This document shows positions 9,601-15,502 of a stretch of DNA of 31,993 bases, one piece after another. Each line of letters starts with the position of its first letter. Position 1 is the first letter of the stretch. This DNA comes from Phycisphaerales bacterium (GTDB taxonomy: Bacteria > Planctomycetota > Phycisphaerae > Phycisphaerales > UBA1924): assembly GCA_049317625.1 (NCBI GenBank), contig JBMOHX010000001.1:1-31993 (forward strand), read 5' to 3'. The notes under the pieces were generated by a model. It was not told where the DNA came from, ran no database searches, and worked only from the letters and a program-made list of their open reading frames with translations. The position numbers and the translations under genes were made by a program.

Positions 9601-11451
9601 CTGGAGACGCCGCAGCGGGTGAAGCTGAACGCGGAAGTCGGCGACTGGTGCGTGCTGCTGAGCGAGCCGGACTTTGAGATCGACCTCAAGCCCGGCGAGG
9701 TGCGCTCGGTGGGGCTGCGGCTCCGCGCGACGAAGGTGGGCGTGCATTCGCTGCTGGTGAACGCGGGGGCGGACGGGGTTGCCGACGCGATCCGCAAGAC
9801 GATCGAGGTGGTGCCCGACGGTGTGCCGGTGGAGCAGGTGGTGAGCGCGTCGATCGACGATGCGCTGGAGTCTGAAGTGGTGCTTCCGCCCGGCGCGATC
9901 GGGGGCAGCGAGCGGTTGCTGGTGCGCATCTTCCCGTCCACTTTCAGCGAGGTGCTCGGCGGGCTCGATGGGATCCTGGCCATCCCGCACGGGTGCTTCG
10001 AGCAGACGTCGTCGACCACGTATCCCAATGTGCTCGCGCTCGATTACCTGCGCACGACCGGCAAGGCTGCGCCGGAAGTTGAAGCCCGCGCACGGCAGTA
10101 CATCCACCTCGGGTACCAGCGGCTGTTGAGCTTCGAGGTGGCGGGCGGCGGGTTTGACTGGTTCGGCCGTGCGCCCGCGAACCTTGTGCTCACCGCGTAC
10201 GGGCTCATGGAGTTCGAGGACATGGCCCGCGTGCACGACGTGGACCCGGCGCTGATCGAGCGGACGAGGAAGTGGCTCCTCTCCAAGCGTGCGGCCGACG
10301 GCTCGTGGAACGCCGATGCCCACATGCTCAACGACGGGCTGGCGGGGAGTGTGCACCGGGGCGGCGACCTCACCCTCGCGACCACGGCGTACGTGGCGTG
10401 GTCGGTCTTCGGGAACGGCCAGGCATCGGAGGAAGCTGAGTCGACGCTGAACTGGCTGCTCTCGCACGAGCCTACGACGGTTGACAACCAGCACACGCTC
10501 GCGCTGATGTGCAACGCGCTTCTGGCGATGTCGCCGAAGGACGCGGGTCCGTATCTTGCGCGGCTGGTCTCGCTGGCGGAACGCGCGGAGAACGGGAAGT
10601 CGGCCCGGTGGTCGATGCCCGTCGAGGCCCGGACCACGTTCTACGGTCGCGGCGGCTCGGCCGAGATCGAGACGACATCGCTCGCGGTGCTCGCGCTGAT
10701 GAAGGCGAAGCAGGAGTCTCCGCTGTGCCGTTCGGCGCTGACATGGATCACGGCCCAGCGTGACGCGCGCGGCGCGTGGCACTCCACCCAAGCGACAGTG
10801 CTCGCGCTCAAGGCGCTGCTTTCGGCTTCGGGGCGTGCCCTCGGCGGTGACGGGCAGAAGGACATCCGCATCTCGGTCGACGGGCGCGAAGTCCGCAAGG
10901 TGTCTATCGAGGCGGATCAGTCCGACGTGGTGCAGCTGGTGGACTTGAGCAAGGAGTTCGCGGCGGGCGCTCGCGCGGTGCGCGTTGAAGACGTGACCAA
11001 GTCGGGGTGCACGGCGCAGATCACGACCCGGGCGTTCGTCCCGCGTCCGGACGACACGGTCGGAGAAGCCACGCTGGCGGTGGACGTGGTGTACGACAAG
11101 TCCGAGCTCAAGGTGGGGGACACGCTGAAGGCCAAGGCCACTGTTCGGAACCGGGCGGCGGAGGCTGCGCCGATGGTGATGGTGGATCTGCCGGTGCCGG
11201 CGGGCTTTGCCCCGGATCTCGACGCGTTCGATGGGCTGCGGGAGAAGGGTGTCATCGCGCGGTACGAGGCGACGCCGCGATCGGTGATCGTGTATCTGAC
11301 GTCGATCCCGGCGGGCGGCGCGGTGAGGCTGGACTACGGGATGCGTTCGACGATGCCCGTGGAGGTGACGACGCCGGGCGCGGCGGTGTGGGAGTACTAC
11401 AACCCGGCGAACCGTGGTGTGGGTCGATCCGGGCGCGTGAAGTCCTTGTGA
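6691..11451 (+). CDS. Alpha-2-macroglobulin (thioester protein) with N-terminal anti-sigma-like domain and TM helix, 1586 aa
   Basis: ATG 6691 overlaps the sigma stop (TGATG) and has SD AAGGAGG about 10 nt upstream. A2M motifs: LSTDKPQYQPGQT, VKKYVLPKFKV, VREWFPETLVW, DSITNW, FQPFFVD, thioester GCFEQ (9991-10005), GYQRLLSF..GGGFDWFG, LTAYGL, STQATVLALKAL, MVDLPVPAGF, WEYYNP. Confidence 0.93.
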   Translation: MNPDTNNEKLNETADALVFGLLNENEAARVQARAASDPAMAAAIQSARARREALLALPTAEPSSALIAAALNSAQADAQRVARRHGRRRSISRGIGGVLAFAVAVIACFHAWIDGWKPPVVGVQLVAQQEVNAGSRGSMRVVVQDVSGEEPATGKNVSLVLRGGSGGAVTLASFKTDANGTASPSFEYPDWAAGNYTLSVEVEGQTHLERTVELKRERRVMLSTDKPQYQPGQTIHVRALALTRGDGKPAAKESAVFSVVDPSGNTIFKKSGATSEFGIVSADCELASEIREGPYTIRADIGTTQSSRTVEVKKYVLPKFKVGLELDAQFYTPGATVKGTIDARYFFGKAVSGKVEVVVRPIGIVTDEIKAPAVNLDADGRGAFSVELPKKLFGREQDGGDARVEIVATVRDTAGQEVKRVASRVVSAAALRMEVVPECETLVVGVPQKIHVFVTAPDGSPASARVGVGDGEGIATSDQGLATIEWTPTQDNEKLDVWAKAGKSRVHRVVSLSSVREGFVLRTDGASYEAGGTMVVTALGAGVQPVFVDLIKDGQTVATYVVEMKEGRGELAVDLPAELSGAVMVEAYRFNAMGLPVRTSRPVLVRPATRLNVAVGADKPEHRPGEGASLTFTLTSADGKPAPGAVSLAVVDEAALSVMKDRPGMESAFFLLEDELLKPAAVLYREDMLSPRLTKEQSNRASFGAAMSRGSVRGVDPATRLEQLGFGRVSRNELWRYLENGGAGLAPADFGSPNVKALLASSHGEAEWRFEHERREAMSSVYGAWAITVVAAVLAGLVVLGLYVRSTAIMFAVVIALLALVTALMLPALGQARSSARGLRGQMPPDAAAGPFFGGMPTTDAQLPMPMMNASAGPSKSPLSPTRVREWFPETLVWAPELIADENGKATIGFDFADSITNWKALGSVVSPTGALGSFDADLRVFQPFFVDVNAPVALVQNDVIDLPLVVYNYLETPQRVKLNAEVGDWCVLLSEPDFEIDLKPGEVRSVGLRLRATKVGVHSLLVNAGADGVADAIRKTIEVVPDGVPVEQVVSASIDDALESEVVLPPGAIGGSERLLVRIFPSTFSEVLGGLDGILAIPHGCFEQTSSTTYPNVLALDYLRTTGKAAPEVEARARQYIHLGYQRLLSFEVAGGGFDWFGRAPANLVLTAYGLMEFEDMARVHDVDPALIERTRKWLLSKRAADGSWNADAHMLNDGLAGSVHRGGDLTLATTAYVAWSVFGNGQASEEAESTLNWLLSHEPTTVDNQHTLALMCNALLAMSPKDAGPYLARLVSLAERAENGKSARWSMPVEARTTFYGRGGSAEIETTSLAVLALMKAKQESPLCRSALTWITAQRDARGAWHSTQATVLALKALLSASGRALGGDGQKDIRISVDGREVRKVSIEADQSDVVQLVDLSKEFAAGARAVRVEDVTKSGCTAQITTRAFVPRPDDTVGEATLAVDVVYDKSELKVGDTLKAKATVRNRAAEAAPMVMVDLPVPAGFAPDLDAFDGLREKGVIARYEATPRSVIVYLTSIPAGGAVRLDYGMRSTMPVEVTTPGAAVWEYYNPANRGVGRSGRVKSL

Positions 11452-11673
11452 GAGCGTCCGAGAACGGTTCGCAAGGCCCGAGAAAAGCGCCGCTGGCGCC
11501 GTGAGCGCGGAGATGTGGCTGGGCGGTGCGCGAGGAACCATTGTTTGTGCTTGCCTCTTTCGACCCTGACGGGAGAATGTCGGCAGAGGAGAGAGAGGAA
11601 CAAAGACCAAAGCCCCCGTGTGCGTTTCCGCGCGCAGGGGGGAATCGCCGGTGCGTGAACCCGGCGCCTCTCG

Positions 11674-11690
11674 ATGAACATGTCGTTCAT
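11674..11690. promoter_or_regulatory. Palindrome ATGAAC-N5-GTTCAT, possible operator upstream of the PEP-CTERM gene
   Basis: Perfect 6-bp inverted repeat in the intergenic region, 56 nt before ATG 11747. No regulator identified. Confidence 0.3.
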
Positions 11691-11746
11691 TCCTTGCGAT
11701 CGGTGCGCGTCGTTTTGTTGTGCGCACTTTGAAGAGAGAGACTGAG

Positions 11747-12385
11747 ATGAAGAACAGCATGATTCTTGCGGTCGTCGGCGCCGCCGCCGCGGTTTCGGTC
11801 GCGCAGGGCGCGGTCGTCACGGCGAACTACACGGGTGATTACGGTCGCCAGGTGCAGACCAGCATGGGCAACTACCAGACGGTGAAGTTCACCTGGACGC
11901 GCGTCGATGCCCCGGGCCCGGGCGTTGACACGACGATCGCGTCGACCTTCAACACGTACTGCGTCGAGATCAACCAGCACGTCAGCGGCGGGAACGACTA
12001 CACGTACAACGTCGTCTCGGCCGCGGCTCACGGCTTCTCCCCCGTGCAGGAGGCCCTCCTGGGCCGCCTCTGGTGGAGCTACTTCGCGCAGATCAACACG
12101 GCCGTCGAGTCGTCCGCGTTCCAGGTTGCGGTGTGGGAGATCGCGCTCGACAGCGGGCTCGACTTCGCGGGCGGTGGTCTGACGATCAACGCTCCGGCGG
12201 ACACGATCGCCCTCGCGTCGTCCTGGCTCAGCGCGATCACCAGCGCCACGTACGCTGGCGCCGCCGAGTCGATCGTGGTGCTCGAGAACGGAAGCGCTCA
12301 GGACCAGATCACCGTGGTCCCGGCTCCGGGCGTGCTCGCTCTGGCGGGCCTCGGCGCTCTGGCGGCGGGTCGTCGTCGCCGCTGA
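11747..12385 (+). CDS. Small PEP-CTERM (exosortase-target) surface protein, 212 aa
   Basis: Signal peptide MKNSMILAVVGAAAAVSVAQG; core motifs FNTYCVEINQ and FQVAVWEI; C-terminal VPAPGVLALAGLGALAAGRRRR. Confidence 0.88.
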   Translation: MKNSMILAVVGAAAAVSVAQGAVVTANYTGDYGRQVQTSMGNYQTVKFTWTRVDAPGPGVDTTIASTFNTYCVEINQHVSGGNDYTYNVVSAAAHGFSPVQEALLGRLWWSYFAQINTAVESSAFQVAVWEIALDSGLDFAGGGLTINAPADTIALASSWLSAITSATYAGAAESIVVLENGSAQDQITVVPAPGVLALAGLGALAAGRRRR

Positions 12386-12408
12386 ACGCGGTCTTGCAAG
12401 TGAAGATT

Positions 12409-12446
12409 CGGACCGGGCCGAGACCTTCTCGGCTCGGTCTGTTTTT
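12409..12446 (+). terminator. Rho-independent terminator
   Basis: 15-bp stem CGGACCGGGCCGAGA / TCTCGGCTCGGTCTG (two G-U pairs), CCT loop, then TTTTT. Lies between the convergent PEP-CTERM gene and trpS. Confidence 0.85.
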
Positions 12447-12487
12447 GGATGAGCGGAGCGATCGTCCGCGCGCAGTGGGCGGGCGAA

Positions 12488-13567
12488 TCAGGTCAGGGTG
12501 CGCGGGCCGAAGTCGAGCTTCATCGCCTTCTTCGCGAGGTAGAGCGTCTCTTCGGCGAGGGCGTTGGCCTTGCGGACGTGGGCGCGGATGAGATCGACGA
12601 CCATCCGGTCACCCTCGGCGCCGTCGAGCTTGGCGCGGCGCTGGCGCATGGGTTCGAGGAGGGCATTGATCGCCTCGCCGAGTTCCTGCTTGATGTGGCC
12701 GTCGCCGATGTTGTCACCGGCGGTGTAGCGTTGTTTGAGTTCGGCGGCGCGGGACTCGGTGAGAAAGGCCTCGCAGAACTTCATGAGGATGTTGTTGGGA
12801 TCGCCGGGTTCGGTGGGGCTCTGGCGGCCGGTGGTGATCTTGTTGATCTTCTTCTGCACTTCCTTCGCGGAGTCGTTGAGGAAGATCGCGTTGCCGAGGC
12901 TCTTGCTCATCTTGTTGATGCCGTCGATCCCTGGGAGGCGTGCGACGCGCCCGATCTTGGCCTTGGGCACGGGGAAGACGCCGCCGGCCTTGACGTGCTC
13001 CTCGACCGGGACGCGGTTGCCGACGCCGCAGTAGACCTGGTTGAACTTCCCGGCGACGGCGCGGCACATCTCGATGTGGGCCTCCTGGTCTTCGCCCACG
13101 GGCACGAGCTCGGGGCGGAAGGCGAGGATGTCGGCGCACTGGCCGACGGCGTACATCGGGAAGCCGAAGCTGTAGGTGTCGCCCAGTCCCTTCATGTCGA
13201 TCTCGGTCTTGATCGTGGGGTTGTTCATCACCCGGTTGAAGGGGAGCAGCATCGCGAAGTACCAGCTGAGCTCGGCGATCGCGGGGATCTCGGTCTGGAG
13301 CACGAAGACGCTGCGCTCGGGGTCGAGGCCCACGCTCAGCCAGTCTTTCACGATGCCGATGGTGTTCTCGCGGATCTGGTCGGTCTTCTCTGCGAGCGTC
13401 GTGAACGCGTGCATGTTCGCCACGAGGAAGTAGCAGTCGTAGTCGTCCTGCAGGCGGACGCGGTTCTCGAGCGAGCCCACCCAGTGGCCCAGGTGGAGCC
13501 CGGTCGAGGTGGGGGTGTCCCCTGTGAGAATGCGCGGCCGGCCCGAGGAGATGGTGGCGTTGGTCAT
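12488..13567 (-). CDS. trpS: Tryptophan--tRNA ligase
   Basis: ILTGDTPTSTGLHLGHWVGSL (HIGH), QCADILAF, VPVGEDQEAH, KMSKSLGN (KMSKS). Confidence 0.96.
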   Translation of the reverse strand: MTNATISSGRPRILTGDTPTSTGLHLGHWVGSLENRVRLQDDYDCYFLVANMHAFTTLAEKTDQIRENTIGIVKDWLSVGLDPERSVFVLQTEIPAIAELSWYFAMLLPFNRVMNNPTIKTEIDMKGLGDTYSFGFPMYAVGQCADILAFRPELVPVGEDQEAHIEMCRAVAGKFNQVYCGVGNRVPVEEHVKAGGVFPVPKAKIGRVARLPGIDGINKMSKSLGNAIFLNDSAKEVQKKINKITTGRQSPTEPGDPNNILMKFCEAFLTESRAAELKQRYTAGDNIGDGHIKQELGEAINALLEPMRQRRAKLDGAEGDRMVVDLIRAHVRKANALAEETLYLAKKAMKLDFGPRTLT

Positions 13568-13575
13568 GGCCGGGG

Positions 13576-13581
13576 AGGGTA
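13576..13581 (-). promoter_or_regulatory. Putative -10 hexamer TACCCT for leaderless trpS
   Basis: 8 nt before ATG 13567; no SD between the hexamer and the ATG. Confidence 0.5.
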
Positions 13582-13595
13582 GGAACTCCCGCCGC

Positions 13596-14582
13596 TTAGG
13601 TCTTGACCAGCGTGAGGAGGATGTTCGCGAGGTTGAACAGGACGTGCATCACCACGGGCACCATGAGGCTCCGAGTGCGTTCGAACGCCACGCCCAACGC
13701 GGCGCCGAAGATGAACAGTGCCGCGATCGCGTGCCAGGTGCCGGCGCGGGCTTCGCCAAGGTGCATCGCCGCGAATGCGGCGCTGGTCGCGGCCACCGCG
13801 ACCCAGGGCCTACCGAAGAGCCCGACCAGCGCGGACTGCAAGCACCCGCGGAAGATGAACTCTTCGACGATGGGTGCGCCGAGCACCGCGCACGCGGCGA
13901 GCGCGAGCGCCCAGGGGTCGCGGCCGTTTGCCTGCAGCGCGGCGAGCGTGGAATGGGCGACGTCGCTGGGCGCGGGGCCGCCGAACTTCACGGTGACCCA
14001 GGCGGCCCCGATCGCCGTGCACTGCACGAGCGGCCACGCCAGCAGGAGGGCGAAGATGCCCTTGGTGAAGTCCGGGGGCTTGACGGTCATGCCCGAGTCC
14101 GGCGCGGACATCGCCATCAGCCGGGCCAAGAGCAGGGCGGTGGGCACGGAGATCGCGTAGTTACCGAGCTGAAGGAGCGCGGCGTCACGGAGGCTCGAAG
14201 ATCCGGGCGTGATCCCCAGCGTCGATGCCGCGATGACCCCGCCAGCGACCATCGCCAGGAACGCGAGCGCGCCGCTGGCGAGCCAGATGACCGTGGGGTG
14301 AGATTCGACCTTTCGAGGCCCTCCGGCGCTGAGGGAGTCCTTCTTCAGCACCCCGAGGAACCAGAGCGCCGCGAGCGCGACCGCGCCGCCGATCAGGTGC
14401 AGCCATGTCCAGGGGTCGGCCCGGATCTGCTTGACCCAATCTGCCGCGGCGTCTTTGGCGGTGGCCCCGGCCTGCGTGGCGAGTTTCTCGACCTGGGTCC
14501 CGAGGTCCGGTGCCGCCGAGGCGTCCGCTGCCGCACCCATCAGCAGGCCAACAATGAGCAGCGTGAACCAAACCCCCGCCAT
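13596..14582 (-). CDS. CPBP/Abi (CAAX type II) intramembrane glutamic endopeptidase
   Basis: APIVEEFIFRG (EExxxR), FAAMH (FxxxH), VMHVLFN (HxxxN), multiple TM helices. Start is ATG 14582 (signal-like) or ATG 14540. The ORF-track extension to 15653 is antisense to trpC and is rejected. Confidence 0.85.
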   Translation of the reverse strand: MAGVWFTLLIVGLLMGAAADASAAPDLGTQVEKLATQAGATAKDAAADWVKQIRADPWTWLHLIGGAVALAALWFLGVLKKDSLSAGGPRKVESHPTVIWLASGALAFLAMVAGGVIAASTLGITPGSSSLRDAALLQLGNYAISVPTALLLARLMAMSAPDSGMTVKPPDFTKGIFALLLAWPLVQCTAIGAAWVTVKFGGPAPSDVAHSTLAALQANGRDPWALALAACAVLGAPIVEEFIFRGCLQSALVGLFGRPWVAVAATSAAFAAMHLGEARAGTWHAIAALFIFGAALGVAFERTRSLMVPVVMHVLFNLANILLTLVKT

Positions 14583-15462
14583 CCTCGCGGAGATCGTCGA
14601 GCACAAGAGGCTGGAGGTCGAACGCGCCAAGAGCTTGCTCTCCTTCGCCGAGCTGCGCGGCCGAGCGTTGGCCGAGCCGCCGCCCCGCGAACTCGCCGCG
14701 GCGGTGCGGCGGGGGCCTGCCGACCGCACGTCCGTGATCGCGGAGATCAAGCGGATGTCGCCCAGCAAGGGGCTCATCCGGGCGGAGATCAAGCGGATGA
14801 GCCCGAGCGCGGGCCTGATCCGTCCTGAGTACGCGGGCGAGGGGTTCCTGCCGGAGGGGATCGCCCAACGGTACCACGCCTGCGGCGCTTCGGCGATTTC
14901 GTGTCTAACGGATGAGAAGTTCTTCGGCGGGCATCTCTCGTACATCGAGAGGGTGCGGCTGGCCTGCCCCCTGCCGGTGCTTCGGAAGGACTTTCTGATC
15001 GACCCCTGGCAGGTGTGGGAGAGCCGCGCGGCGGGGGCGGACGCGGTGTTGCTGATCGCCGAGTGCCTGCCGGGAGGCGAGCTCGAGGCGCTGCTCGAGC
15101 CGGCGCTGGCGCTGGGCATGTCGGTGCTGGTCGAGGTCCACGACCGCGAGAATCTGGAGAGGGTGCTTCCGGTGGTTGAGGGGCGGGAGCGGGTATTGCT
15201 CGGCGTGAACAGCCGGGACCTGAGGACGATGCGGGTCGATCTGGGCCACGCGATGGCGCTGGCGGCGTTGGTCGCCGACCGGTCGTCGTTCGTAGCGGAA
15301 TCGGGTATCCGAACGCCACACGATCTCGCAAGATTGCGCGAAGCGGGCGTGCGCATCGCCCTCGTTGGCGAACACCTGATGAGACAATCGGACCCTGGAC
15401 TCGCGCTGCGCGCGTTGTTCGGGGGTGCCGGAGCCGATGAAACCCTTCCGGACCCTTGCTGA
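14554..15462 (+). CDS. trpC: Indole-3-glycerol phosphate synthase, with an internal 14-aa duplication
   Basis: ILAEIVEHK, IAEIKRMSPS, AISCLTDEKFFGG, PVLRKDFLIDPWQVWE, GADAVLLI, VLVEVH, GVNSRDL, VAESGI, LVGEHLM. Start ATG 14554 or GTG 14563. Confidence 0.95.
   Translation: MSSVNQTPAILAEIVEHKRLEVERAKSLLSFAELRGRALAEPPPRELAAAVRRGPADRTSVIAEIKRMSPSKGLIRAEIKRMSPSAGLIRPEYAGEGFLPEGIAQRYHACGASAISCLTDEKFFGGHLSYIERVRLACPLPVLRKDFLIDPWQVWESRAAGADAVLLIAECLPGGELEALLEPALALGMSVLVEVHDRENLERVLPVVEGRERVLLGVNSRDLRTMRVDLGHAMALAALVADRSSFVAESGIRTPHDLARLREAGVRIALVGEHLMRQSDPGLALRALFGGAGADETLPDPC
14740..14823 (+). repeat. In-frame 42-bp tandem duplication inside trpC (AEIKRMSPSKGLIR / AEIKRMSPSAGLIR)
   Basis: Copy 1 is 14740-14781 and copy 2 is 14782-14823. 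The first 18 nt are identical; later codons differ mostly synonymously. Confidence 0.95.
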
Positions 15463-15502
15463 TGGCGAGGCGTTCGAAGACCCCATGATGGAGACGTCTG
15501 TG

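Noticed and set aside
11452-11746. Known riboswitch (e.g. c-di-GMP) or small CDS 11526-11732
   Set aside because: No recognisable aptamer consensus by eye, and the ORF has no coding-like features. An Rfam search would be decisive.
8068-11820. 1250-aa minus-strand ORF, plus other long antisense ORFs (1432-2928, 3518-4807, 12449-13582, 14789-16456, 29725-31020)
   Set aside because: Shadow ORFs opposite well-supported genes. They are R/H/P-rich with no motifs, as expected in high-GC DNA.
12488-13567. 4Fe-4S-binding TrpRS
   Set aside because: The clustered four-Cys motif is not present.
13568-14553. Trp attenuator, leader peptide or T-box controlling trpS/trpC
   Set aside because: No short ORF with tandem Trp codons, no T-box motif and no terminator recognised; the space is occupied by the CPBP gene.
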